A DNA stretch of 64,000 nucleotides from Clostridiaceae bacterium (GTDB lineage: Bacteria; Bacillota; Clostridia; Acetivibrionales; DUMB01): positions 2,846 through 66,845 of the forward strand of contig DULF01000049.1 of NCBI GenBank assembly GCA_012840535.1, written 5' to 3'. The position numbers and the translations under genes are program-made. This document shows, piece after piece, positions 1 through 8,763 of this stretch. The notes under the pieces are model-generated. The model worked only from the letters and a program-made list of their open reading frames with translations. It searched no databases and had not been told where the DNA came from. Position 1 is the stretch's first letter, and each line of letters begins with the position of its first letter.

Positions 1-67
1 TTACATACATTTAAAAAAGATAAAAAACTGATGGCAGACTAATTTACATTTGACAGGAGAGATTAAG

Positions 68-1171
68 ATGAGAGGAAAAATGAAAGCAATTATCTGGGAT
101 GGTGGAGATTTTCCCGATAGTTTAAGATATGGGGATTTTGATATTCCTGAACCCGGACCTGGTTGGGTATTAGTAAATAATAAGGTGGTTGGCATATGTG
201 GTTCCGACATCCATATACTAATAGGAGATACAAAATATCTTGTCCCCAAAAAAAATTTTCCTGCTGTACTTGGTCATGAAAATGCAGGTGCGGTAGTGAA
301 AACCGGGGAAGGTGTAACTAGTGTTAAGCCTGGTGATAGAGTAGCAGTAGAACCAATACATGGTTGTATCGAATTTGGAGGAAACTGCCCAATGTGCCGT
401 ATAGGCAAGTATCAACTATGCCAGTCAGGTTTAACTCATGTCGGCATGCCTTTGACGAGAATGCTTCCGGGAGGATATGGAGAGTACTCTATAGTGCATG
501 AATCACATTTGTTTCATATTCCTGAAGGTGTGACATTTGAAGAAGCGGCACTATTGGATATTTTAGCAGTCAATGTACATGCTGTTAACATTGGGCAGCC
601 AAAACTAGGTGATTCAGTAGCAGTTATAGGATGTGGAATTGTAGGGTTGGACATGATCCAATGTCTTAAAGCTGTGGGTATTACAAATATAATAGCAGTA
701 GCCAAATATGAGTTTCAAGCCGAAATAGCCAAGCTTTTAGGTGCTAAAGAGACTATTATTTTAAATAATGGTATGGATCCAATAAAAGAAGTAATGAAAA
801 TTACAGGTGGTTGGGGTGTAGATCAGGTCTATGAGTGTGTGGGCGGAAATACTGACGCTGTATCTCAGTCAATTTCGATTTGTTGCCCAGGTGGTAAGGT
901 TATTATGCTTGGAGGTGCTTCAAAGCCTCGTGCAATAGATTTACAGGGGATGTTGCTGAAAGAAATAAATTTACTTTCATCAAATAGTTATTCAACTTTT
1001 GGAACAGTGCGTGAATTTCAGATAGCTATCAATATGCTTCAGGACGGGCAGGTAAATCATAAATGTCTTGTGACACACAGATTTTTACATGAGGACTACC
1101 TTAAGGCATTTGAAACGGTTATGTCCAAGGAAAATACTAATGTTATCAAGGCTGTATTTGTCCGTGAATAG
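68..1171 (+). CDS. Zn-dependent medium-chain alcohol/polyol dehydrogenase (sorbitol/threonine dehydrogenase-like)
   Basis: ORF 50..1171. Motifs GICGSDIH, GHENAGAVV, structural-Zn Cys cluster CPMCRIGKYQLC, Rossmann VIGCGIVG. AGGAGA at 54-59 favours ATG 68; ATG 80 is also possible. Confidence 0.85.
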   Translation: MRGKMKAIIWDGGDFPDSLRYGDFDIPEPGPGWVLVNNKVVGICGSDIHILIGDTKYLVPKKNFPAVLGHENAGAVVKTGEGVTSVKPGDRVAVEPIHGCIEFGGNCPMCRIGKYQLCQSGLTHVGMPLTRMLPGGYGEYSIVHESHLFHIPEGVTFEEAALLDILAVNVHAVNIGQPKLGDSVAVIGCGIVGLDMIQCLKAVGITNIIAVAKYEFQAEIAKLLGAKETIILNNGMDPIKEVMKITGGWGVDQVYECVGGNTDAVSQSISICCPGGKVIMLGGASKPRAIDLQGMLLKEINLLSSNSYSTFGTVREFQIAINMLQDGQVNHKCLVTHRFLHEDYLKAFETVMSKENTNVIKAVFVRE

Positions 1172-1286
1172 TAATGATTTTAAGATGGAATTATAGTTAA
1201 CGCAGAATTACCAGTAAAATAAATATTTTAGGTTAAAATTCAGCCAGAATTTCAGACACTATGATAATATAGCGGAGGTATATCAT

Positions 1287-2690
1287 ATGAAGATGGCGCT
1301 TATAGGCGGTGGTGGAGTAAGAACAGTTTTTTTTACACAGTCGTTGTCAAAATATGCACAAAGACTTGGCATAAATGAATTGGTAATAATGGATAATGAT
1401 GAAGAGAAACTCAACATATATGGGGCTTTAGCCCAATACATAGCTTCTAATAATGATAGTAATATTGATATAGACTTGACTACTGATATCGTGTCAGCAG
1501 TTGATAAAGCAGATTATGTTGTAGCAACTATGCGTGTGGGTAAAGATGAAGGGCGAATAAAAGATGAAAGGATAGCTTTAAGACATGGAGCCTTTGCGCA
1601 GGAAACCACAGGCCCTGGAGGTTTTTCTTTTGCACTCAGAACTATACCTGTAATGCTTGAATATTGCAAAATTATCAAGGAGAAAAGTAACAATGCTATT
1701 GTATTTAATTTTACTAATCCATCGGGGTTGATTGCTCAGGCAATGCATGATTATGGTTTCAATAATGTTATAGGAATATGCGATGGACCTGTTCATTTAA
1801 AATCCGATATTGCCTCAACACTCCAGCTTAATATAAATGATTTATATATAAGGGTTTACGGACTTAACCATCTATCTTGGTTAGATAGCGTGAAAGTAAA
1901 GGGTACCGAAATATTCGATAAACTGATTGCCAATGATGCATTCCTGGAAAACTCAAAAGAATTTGGACATTTTGACAAAGATTTAATACGAATGATTAAG
2001 GCAATTCCGAATGAATACCTGTACTATTATTATTACCGGGAAGAGGCACTTAGAAACGTTCTGACTTCAACTTATACCAGAGGGGAAAAAGTTAAGGAAA
2101 TAAATGATAATATGTTAAAACAACTCAAGGACATTGATGTTAAAAAGAATCCTGAACAGGCACTGAAAGTTTACTATTCATTTCTTGAAGAGAGGGAAAA
2201 GAGCTATATGTCGATTGAATTAAGGGATAAGAAAAAAGTGAGCAAACCCATTGAAATTGAAGAACTTGGGCTCGATAGAGCAGGACTCTCAGAAGGTAGC
2301 GGAGAAGTGTTGGAAGGCTATTCAGGAGTTGTTTTCAATTATATTGATGCAGTAAACAAAAATAAATTTATAGATTTACCTTTAAATGTTCCCAACAGAG
2401 TAGCGATTCCGGAACTAAAAGCAGATGATGTTGTTGAAATTACATGTATTGTGGATAAAGATGGAGCTCATCCAGTAAATGTAGACAATATTCCCGAGGA
2501 TAATTTGCTCTTAATTAAGCAGGTTAAAAGATATGAAAAACTGACTGTAGAAGCAGCGAAGAATAAATCTGTAGAACTTGCAATTCAGGCTTTAATGGCT
2601 CACCCATTGGTTGGTTCTTATTCTCTTGCTAAAAGACTGGTAAATGACTATTTAAAAGAATTTAGGGAATATTTGGGAGAATGGAGATAA
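1287..2690 (+). CDS. Glycoside hydrolase family 4 (NAD/Mn-dependent 6-phospho-glycosidase or glycosidase)
   Basis: N-terminal Rossmann MKMALIGGGGVRT, NFTNPSGLIAQAM and GICDGP (GH4 Cys motif), 467 aa. GGAGGT RBS precedes the ATG. Confidence 0.85.
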   Translation: MKMALIGGGGVRTVFFTQSLSKYAQRLGINELVIMDNDEEKLNIYGALAQYIASNNDSNIDIDLTTDIVSAVDKADYVVATMRVGKDEGRIKDERIALRHGAFAQETTGPGGFSFALRTIPVMLEYCKIIKEKSNNAIVFNFTNPSGLIAQAMHDYGFNNVIGICDGPVHLKSDIASTLQLNINDLYIRVYGLNHLSWLDSVKVKGTEIFDKLIANDAFLENSKEFGHFDKDLIRMIKAIPNEYLYYYYYREEALRNVLTSTYTRGEKVKEINDNMLKQLKDIDVKKNPEQALKVYYSFLEEREKSYMSIELRDKKKVSKPIEIEELGLDRAGLSEGSGEVLEGYSGVVFNYIDAVNKNKFIDLPLNVPNRVAIPELKADDVVEITCIVDKDGAHPVNVDNIPEDNLLLIKQVKRYEKLTVEAAKNKSVELAIQALMAHPLVGSYSLAKRLVNDYLKEFREYLGEWR

Positions 2691-2711
2691 ATGTAGCAAG
2701 GAGGGCTAAAA

Positions 2712-3629
2712 ATGAATGATGTATTGTGTATAGGAAGGATGACAAGTTGCGATATTATTTTTACTGAACTTCAAGAACTGCCGGAATTAGGAAAGGAGAT
2801 CTTTTGTAAAGACTTGGTTGTTAAACCCGGGGGTGCTGCCAACACACCTATGGCTTTAGCAAAGCTAGGAATAAAAACTGCTTTATTAACGGTGCTGGGA
2901 AACGATTTATTTGGCAATATTATTTTCGAGTATATCAAACAAACTGGAGTGGATATGTCGGCAGTTCATAAAGATAATAAGTACCGTACATGTGTTTCTG
3001 CAGTATTATCAACAGGGAGGGAAAGAGGATTTGTAACTTTTTATGATGAGAGTAAATACAGTTTTAAGATTGAAGATATTGAACAACAAATTAAAAATTC
3101 AATGTATATATATTCAGATATAATAACATGTATTGAACTACCAATTGTTGAAATAGCAAAGAAGTATAAAAAAAATATTTTTTTGGATACTTGTTGGAAT
3201 GAGAATATAAAACTTGACAAAATTAAACATTTACTTGAGCAAATTGATACGTTTATGCCCAATGAAATTGAAGCTTGTTATATAACAGATACCGATGATG
3301 TTGAATTAGCATTACAAAGGTTAGGACAGTATACTAATACAGTTGTTATAAAACTGGGAAACAAAGGAAGTATTGCCAAACAGAAGTATAATGTGGTAAG
3401 AACACCATCGATAAAAGGTTTGAAACCTATAGATACTACAGGTGCGGGGGACTTATTTAATGCAGGATTTATTTATGGTTGTCTAAAGGGATTGAATTTA
3501 GAGGATTCCCTACGAATTGCAAACATTACCGGTGGACTTGCAGTTACTTTTATTGGTGGTGTTGATGAGTCTTTCACAATTGAACAGGTCATGAAATATT
3601 TTAATTCTTCAACTGCTAATGTTTTATAG
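2712..3629 (+). CDS. PfkB/ribokinase-family carbohydrate kinase
   Basis: C-terminal PfkB signature DTTGAGDLFNAGFIYG and N-terminal GGAANT motif. 21 nt after the GH4 gene. Confidence 0.85.
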   Translation: MNDVLCIGRMTSCDIIFTELQELPELGKEIFCKDLVVKPGGAANTPMALAKLGIKTALLTVLGNDLFGNIIFEYIKQTGVDMSAVHKDNKYRTCVSAVLSTGRERGFVTFYDESKYSFKIEDIEQQIKNSMYIYSDIITCIELPIVEIAKKYKKNIFLDTCWNENIKLDKIKHLLEQIDTFMPNEIEACYITDTDDVELALQRLGQYTNTVVIKLGNKGSIAKQKYNVVRTPSIKGLKPIDTTGAGDLFNAGFIYGCLKGLNLEDSLRIANITGGLAVTFIGGVDESFTIEQVMKYFNSSTANVL

Positions 3630-3649
3630 ATTTGTTGGAGGTAACAGAA

Positions 3650-4375
3650 GTGGATATAAATATTTTCAAAGACTATGATGAGCTATCTAGAAAAACTGCT
3701 GATTTTATTTCCAATTTTGTAAATAATAATCCAAAAGCCTTGCTCTGTTTTCCAGCAGGTGATTCACCTCTTGGAACGTTTAAAAAGCTTGTAGAATATT
3801 CAAATGAAGGTATTGTCAGTTTTAAGTATTGTAGGTTTGTTGGGTTAGATGAGTGGGTTGGAATGGAGAAAAACAATGAAGGAAGTTGTAAATATTTTAT
3901 TTATAAGAATCTATTTGAACCACTTTGTATTGATGAGACCAACATATGTTTTTTTGATGCTTGTTCGAAAGACTTAATCTCTGAATGCAAACGTATAGAC
4001 AAATACATACTGAACAATGGTGGTATTGATTTGATGTTGTTAGGGGTTGGTATGAACGGTCATATCGGTCTTAACGAACCCGGGGTTTCATTTAAGAGCT
4101 ACTCACATGTTACTGAATTGGATGACATAACAGTAAAGGTCGCTCAAAAATACTTCAAAGAAAAGAAGATGATTAAAAAAGGCATAACATTAGGTATTAA
4201 GCATGTGATGGATGCAAAGACAGTTGTATTATTGGCAAATGGAATTAAGAAGGCTGATATAGTCAAAAAACTGGCTAAAGGCGAGGTTACTAATAAAATT
4301 CCTGCTAGTATATTGCAAATGCATAAAAATAGTTACTTGTTTTTAGATAAAGAAGCAGCATCTCTGTTGGAGTAA
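3650..4375 (+). CDS. Glucosamine-6-phosphate deaminase/6-phosphogluconolactonase-family protein (NagB-like)
   Basis: Motifs FPAGDSP and LLGVGMNGHIGLNEPG. GGAGGT at 3636-3641 favours GTG 3650; the track start is TTG 3632. Confidence 0.8.
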   Translation: MDINIFKDYDELSRKTADFISNFVNNNPKALLCFPAGDSPLGTFKKLVEYSNEGIVSFKYCRFVGLDEWVGMEKNNEGSCKYFIYKNLFEPLCIDETNICFFDACSKDLISECKRIDKYILNNGGIDLMLLGVGMNGHIGLNEPGVSFKSYSHVTELDDITVKVAQKYFKEKKMIKKGITLGIKHVMDAKTVVLLANGIKKADIVKKLAKGEVTNKIPASILQMHKNSYLFLDKEAASLLE

Positions 4376-4447
4376 TTTTGTGATAATTGTTTAAGGATCT
4401 TTCCTGTAATGACGGTGTCAAACCGTCCGCAGCGAACTTGGATCTGT

Positions 4448-5821
4448 TCAATTAGAAATTTCAAGGGATCGTATGGGTACAGGCGCTGCTGCGGGATCAG
4501 GCTGGGATGGATCAGGCGGATACAGTCTTGTTGCGTTTATTGTGTAGGTACGTGCATATAGCTTGTCACGGGAAATGACTTTTAATTTAATAACATTATC
4601 TCCATATTCCAGTTTTAGTGATGACGGGTCTGCTTCTTTTCCATTGAGAGTTATTATTGTGGTAGCTTCAGGGTCAGCCGTTTTATAGGAAAGGGAGACA
4701 GTTTCTGCCTCGGAAGGCAGCTGTGTTGAAAAGGTTTTAAATTGAGAATTTGTGCCTGAACTGAACGGGGGAATGAAAACAGCTTCTACTGTTTTTTCTT
4801 CACTTTCATAAGTCATCCGGAGCTCTAAAAGGTAAGTGTTGGCTGAAACAACATTCTTTGCAGTGTTTTCAGAGGCAGCAGTTACATACGGCGCGTCGGA
4901 GGTTTTGTCATAAATAATCTGTCTGACCAGCCGTGCATGCGTTATAGATCGGATTTCTTCTCCAAGATTATTGTTGCAGGTCGATAACGTAATTATTTTA
5001 TCCAGAGGCGTGAGTTTTACCTTATAATCGTATACCGATTTAGAACGGATTCTTTCAAGGAACTCCATATACTCATCATCGCTTGCAAAGCTTGTTTGCC
5101 TGTAATTGTAGGTGGCATCCTCAAAGTATACTGAAAAAATCTCATACTCAAGACGGGTGTTCATTAAATCCAAATAAATCCGGGTAATCCTGGTATAATC
5201 CTCCTGCCGGTTCGGAAATTCTTTCAGGTTGCCGAACATAGCACTGTCATTCATCGCATGCCCATACAGAATGATATGTCTGTCAACCTGCAGCGGATTG
5301 TTGCGGTAGTCCATGAAAATGGAACCTGCATAGGAGAAGTTTTTATAAAAATCTTTATGAAGATAAAATTCATTATCAGCGGCTTGCATGACCGGATAAT
5401 CAATAGGTTTTTTAAATCCGGGAATCTGGATCCAGCCGACAAGGTCATCATTTTGCTTTTTTAAATCAGCATAAATGGATAGGATACCGTCTCCATTCAG
5501 TTCCCCAGGATCACCATAAAGTATTGTATACGGAAGAATTTCCTCCTGGGTCTCCTGGATAGCTGTGGTATTAGCTGAAGGGGAAGATGCCTGGCTGAAT
5601 ATTTCCGCAGGATCATCCGAAATAATCTGTGCCCGTATCTTCTGGTACTGTTTATTGTCATGGTAATATCCATATAACCTTCTGGCAAGCATGAAAAATG
5701 AGTAAATGAATATACAGGAGCAAACTATTATAATAACCAGGCGCAGCGCAGTTTTTATTTTCTGCTTATGGTTTCGGAAGTGGTTTACCATTTGCATTGT
5801 CATAAACAATTTTATTGACAC
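4448..5821 (-). CDS. srtB: Class B sortase with C-terminal cadherin-like beta-sandwich extension and Pro-rich tail
   Basis: N-terminal TM helix. SrtB-type motifs DLVGWIQIPG, ILYGHAM (His) and TLSTCNN (Cys). C-terminal ~110 aa ends in the YTINATR pattern typical of cadherin-like domains. Start is ambiguous (GTG 5821 or ATG 5803/5797/5791); it overlaps the upstream gene end. Confidence 0.85.
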   Translation of the reverse strand: MSIKLFMTMQMVNHFRNHKQKIKTALRLVIIIVCSCIFIYSFFMLARRLYGYYHDNKQYQKIRAQIISDDPAEIFSQASSPSANTTAIQETQEEILPYTILYGDPGELNGDGILSIYADLKKQNDDLVGWIQIPGFKKPIDYPVMQAADNEFYLHKDFYKNFSYAGSIFMDYRNNPLQVDRHIILYGHAMNDSAMFGNLKEFPNRQEDYTRITRIYLDLMNTRLEYEIFSVYFEDATYNYRQTSFASDDEYMEFLERIRSKSVYDYKVKLTPLDKIITLSTCNNNLGEEIRSITHARLVRQIIYDKTSDAPYVTAASENTAKNVVSANTYLLELRMTYESEEKTVEAVFIPPFSSGTNSQFKTFSTQLPSEAETVSLSYKTADPEATTIITLNGKEADPSSLKLEYGDNVIKLKVISRDKLYARTYTINATRLYPPDPSQPDPAAAPVPIRSLEISN

Positions 5822-6608
5822 TATCGAACATAACAGTCAATTCGATGTTCTCGTCAACCCATATTGAGCCCAATCCGATGGGAGTGCCGTCATCAAGATA
5901 TTTAATCGGTGGGTTTTCAATACAGTAATTATCAATTCCATATGACGGGTCGTTCCAGTTGCCTGTCGTCACCTTGTACCAATGTCCGTCATAGAGTTCA
6001 TCGCGATTGTTTTCAGTCAGCAAAACCGTAAATGTATACCATGTCTCCTTTCCGGGGATAGGCTTCATCTTGAAATTGGGATCGTTTGGAACATATCCGT
6101 TAAAAGAACCAGCCAGGTAATACTCATATTTCACTGGCTCACTGCCCTGGCTGCTGTTTGAAGCCGGGGATGCATGTTCACCGGTTGTTTCCGGGCCTGT
6201 ACTTCCGTCCTTGGATGCTTGCCCATCAGTTGCTCCCGGGCTTGCATTAGTTCCCTGGGAAGCCTGTTTGCCGGTTGTTTCCTTGCTTGTACCGGCTGCT
6301 GAAGATGTCTGTTCGCTGGTTGCTTCCGGACTTGCCTCATTAGTTGTGGATGCCTGACTACCAGCGGATTCTGATGAAGCAGCGTTGCTGGATTCCCCAG
6401 TAACCTCCGTTGCCGTACTTTTATCACCGGATGGTGATTCAGAAGCTGTTGTTCCAGGGCTTACAGCCGAATCCGGCTGCCCGCTGCTGTTTTCTGACTG
6501 AATTTGCTTCCTTCCGGCGCTGCATCCTGTTAAAAGTATTGATAAACAAAACAACACAGCCATTGAAATGATAAATGTTTTCTTTGCCGTGTCTTCGGAC
6601 TTTCTCAT
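5766..6608 (-). CDS. Lipoprotein with long Ser/Thr/Ala/Gly-rich linker and C-terminal putative carbohydrate-binding beta-sandwich domain
   Basis: Lipobox LLTGC after a hydrophobic signal. About 130 aa of low-complexity S/T/A/G/E sequence. C-terminal YYLAGSFNGY...WYKVTTGNWNDPSYG resembles GSFNNW-type glucan-binding modules. Same strand and overlapping with srtB. Confidence 0.75.
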   Translation of the reverse strand: MRKSEDTAKKTFIISMAVLFCLSILLTGCSAGRKQIQSENSSGQPDSAVSPGTTASESPSGDKSTATEVTGESSNAASSESAGSQASTTNEASPEATSEQTSSAAGTSKETTGKQASQGTNASPGATDGQASKDGSTGPETTGEHASPASNSSQGSEPVKYEYYLAGSFNGYVPNDPNFKMKPIPGKETWYTFTVLLTENNRDELYDGHWYKVTTGNWNDPSYGIDNYCIENPPIKYLDDGTPIGLGSIWVDENIELTVMFDSVNKIVYDNANGKPLPKP

Positions 6609-6651
6609 GTTTACTCACCCAAAAAAAGTTGTGATGACACTTACTACTATT

Positions 6652-6680
6652 AGAATACATGTATATTTTATTGTTGTCAA
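6652..6680 (-). promoter_or_regulatory. Putative sigma-A promoter of the lipoprotein-srtB operon
   Basis: On the minus strand, TTGACA (6680-6675), 17-nt spacer, TATTCT (6657-6652). The -10 is imperfect. Confidence 0.4.
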
Positions 6681-6710
6681 TGGCTTTTTGTATATTTTAA
6701 TAAAATACTG

Positions 6711-6740
6711 TTGACTTCTGCATGCTTTATTTTGTATAAT
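6711..6740 (+). promoter_or_regulatory. Putative sigma-A promoter of the TrmB-maltodextrin operon
   Basis: TTGACT (6711-6716), 18-nt spacer, TATAAT (6735-6740). Confidence 0.55.
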
Positions 6741-6746
6741 ATAAAC

Positions 6747-6768
6747 AGTAGTAAGGCATATTACTACT
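6747..6768. promoter_or_regulatory. Perfect inverted repeat AGTAGTAA-N6-TTACTACT, candidate TrmB operator
   Basis: 8-bp arms at 6747-6754 and 6761-6768, just downstream of the -10. The identical 8-mer TTACTACT recurs at 6641-6648, just downstream of the divergent promoter -10. Confidence 0.4.
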
Positions 6769-6790
6769 ACTACAGATAAGAGGTGCTGAT

Positions 6791-7642
6791 ATGTCAGACA
6801 TATATGAAATTTTGCAGGATTTAGGGTTCTCGATCAATGAAGCAAAGGTTTATGTGGCATTGGTTTCAAAGAACCCTATAAACGGTTATGAAGTCGCCAA
6901 ACGATCAAATATAACAAGAACCATGGTTTATGACATACTGAACCGTTTGGAACAAAAAGGCGTGATCCAGCATATCTTCGAAAATGATTCGAAGCTTTAC
7001 TCTCCGCTTCCTTACAAGGAATTGCTGAAAAAATTCCGCGAGGATTACAACAGTAAAATTGACGCTGCGGAAAAAGCGTTGGATAACCTGAGATGTGAAG
7101 AGAATACCAACAATTATATTATAAATATTTCAGATTATGAATCTATGGTTCAGGAAATACGTACACTGATCCAAAGTGCAAACCGGGAAATTTACATATC
7201 TATCTGGGAAGAAGAGGCTCTCCTTTTCAAGGATGACTTTGAAAAGGCTATCAACAGGGGTGTGAAAATTACTGCATTTTCTTTTAATAAACTACCTTTG
7301 AAGCTAACCTATTCATTTACATATGGAATACCTTCAAAGGAATTGAAGAAGATTTGGAACCGCAGAAGAATTATCATTGTTGTAGACCGGGAAAGAATAC
7401 TGATCGGAGAAGGAAACGACCAGATAGAAGAAATAAGTATCATTTCCAGTAATACGATGCTTATCGAGCTTGCAATTGATCAGCTGCTCCTGGATATCAT
7501 CCATCTTCATGAACTCAGGAGAGGCGGATATCTGCCGGATGAGATAACGAGCATAGAACAGTACAGGGATGCTGTAGCCCGTTTTCATAAGGATTTGAAT
7601 ATTGACCTGGCAAACATTATTAAACGGGTAGACCAGGATTGA
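6791..7642 (+). CDS. TrmB-family sugar-responsive transcriptional regulator
   Basis: N-terminal winged HTH LGFSINEAKVYVALVSKNPINGYEVAKRSNITRTMVYDILNRLEQKGV plus a C-terminal effector-type domain; 283 aa. Confidence 0.85.
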   Translation: MSDIYEILQDLGFSINEAKVYVALVSKNPINGYEVAKRSNITRTMVYDILNRLEQKGVIQHIFENDSKLYSPLPYKELLKKFREDYNSKIDAAEKALDNLRCEENTNNYIINISDYESMVQEIRTLIQSANREIYISIWEEEALLFKDDFEKAINRGVKITAFSFNKLPLKLTYSFTYGIPSKELKKIWNRRRIIIVVDRERILIGEGNDQIEEISIISSNTMLIELAIDQLLLDIIHLHELRRGGYLPDEITSIEQYRDAVARFHKDLNIDLANIIKRVDQD

Positions 7643-7664
7643 AAATTGTTTGAAAGGAATTTTA

Positions 7665-8762
7665 ATGATGTACCGGAGTGCATACTATTACAAGCCAAAC
7701 ATGCCGGATGTTGTGCGCAGAATGACAAAAATGCGTGAGGATGCCCTTCAGAAGAAAAATGGTAATGTTTTGTTCCGGGTTCTGACGCCATCAGATACCC
7801 AGCTCTATTCTAATATCAATTTGGCTTCCTATAACTATTGTGACGATGTCGACAGGTATGTAGACGACCTCCTGGCAGCATATTTCGAATCTTTTGAAGC
7901 AAGAAAAGAGATTCCTGATGATGCTCTGCCGGTTATCACTCCCATTTTGGGAATAGGTGATTACAGCGCTTTTGTCGCCGGCGATATTTATTTTTCAAAG
8001 GACACCAGCTGGAGCAAGCCAATCCTTGAAGAAATCTCCGATTGGCGCAATCTTCCTGAATTAGGATCAACTTTCTGGTATAAAAAGTTTCTGGAAATCT
8101 GCGAAAAAATACTGCAGGCAATCAGGGAAACCGGCATACCGTTTTTACGCGGGTTTTTTTCTCCGCTGGACCTTGCGGAAGCTTTAAGAGGAAACAAAAT
8201 TTATTATGATTTTACGGATAATCCGGATGAACTGCACAATCTTCTTGATTTCTGCGCAGATGCGACCATAAAATTTGCCGAAGACATCTATACTCTTGCC
8301 CGCAGCTACCTTTCTGAGGAGGATTATAGTTTATGGTATATTGATAATTCCATCAACTTGTCTGAAGATATCGCCTGCATGATTTCTCCCGGCTTATACC
8401 GGGAATTTGGCGCTCCACATACTCAGAAGGTTATCGACCACTTCGGAAAAGGATTCATGCATACACATTCCAGGGCATTGTACATGGTAAAAGAAATTTG
8501 CAGTCTCAGAAACGTTGCAAATCTGTGGCTTGCAACAGACCCGAACCAGCCGGTTCCGGTGCAGTGCCTTGACCGGCTGATTCCTGATGCGCAATCGGTT
8601 TGCCTTGCCATTGACTGTTCTTCCTTCGAGGAATTTGAAAATACCCTGGACATAGCACTTACAGGAAATGTTTCCTATTGTCTGACTGTGTCTTCCATCG
8701 AAGAAGGTATTGACATCACAAACAGGGCTCATGAACTTTTGAAAAGAAAGGGCGTTATGTGA
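7665..8762 (+). CDS. Conserved hypothetical cytosolic protein, possibly URO-D/MtaA-like TIM-barrel fold
   Basis: No signal peptide. The pattern GFFSPLDLAEAL...NPDELHNLLDF...MISPGLYREF...GFMHTHS parallels the layout of uroporphyrinogen-decarboxylase-like proteins (weak, by eye). AAAGGA RBS before ATG 7665. Its stop is 1 nt before the binding-protein start. Confidence 0.6.
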   Translation: MMYRSAYYYKPNMPDVVRRMTKMREDALQKKNGNVLFRVLTPSDTQLYSNINLASYNYCDDVDRYVDDLLAAYFESFEARKEIPDDALPVITPILGIGDYSAFVAGDIYFSKDTSWSKPILEEISDWRNLPELGSTFWYKKFLEICEKILQAIRETGIPFLRGFFSPLDLAEALRGNKIYYDFTDNPDELHNLLDFCADATIKFAEDIYTLARSYLSEEDYSLWYIDNSINLSEDIACMISPGLYREFGAPHTQKVIDHFGKGFMHTHSRALYMVKEICSLRNVANLWLATDPNQPVPVQCLDRLIPDAQSVCLAIDCSSFEEFENTLDIALTGNVSYCLTVSSIEEGIDITNRAHELLKRKGVM

Positions 8763-8763
8763 T

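Noticed and set aside
1-249. 82-aa minus-strand ORF running off the left edge.
   Set aside because: It overlaps the 5-prime end of the well-supported Zn-dehydrogenase gene in antisense, and the product has no motifs. No evidence for a real gene.
4411-4427. Hairpin GACGGT-GTCAA-ACCGTC between the convergent NagB-like and sortase genes, considered as a shared terminator. A similar hairpin at 43153-43190 follows mutT.
   Set aside because: The stems are only 6-9 bp and no flanking U-tract lies on either strand, so the evidence is insufficient to annotate them as intrinsic terminators.
6131-6660. Alternative-frame ORFs (98 aa and 73 aa, minus strand) inside and upstream of the lipoprotein gene, rich in Arg/Gln/Pro.
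   Set aside because: They fall in the repetitive S/T/A/G linker region, where all frames stay open. Only the annotated frame has a signal peptide with lipobox and a structured C-terminal domain.
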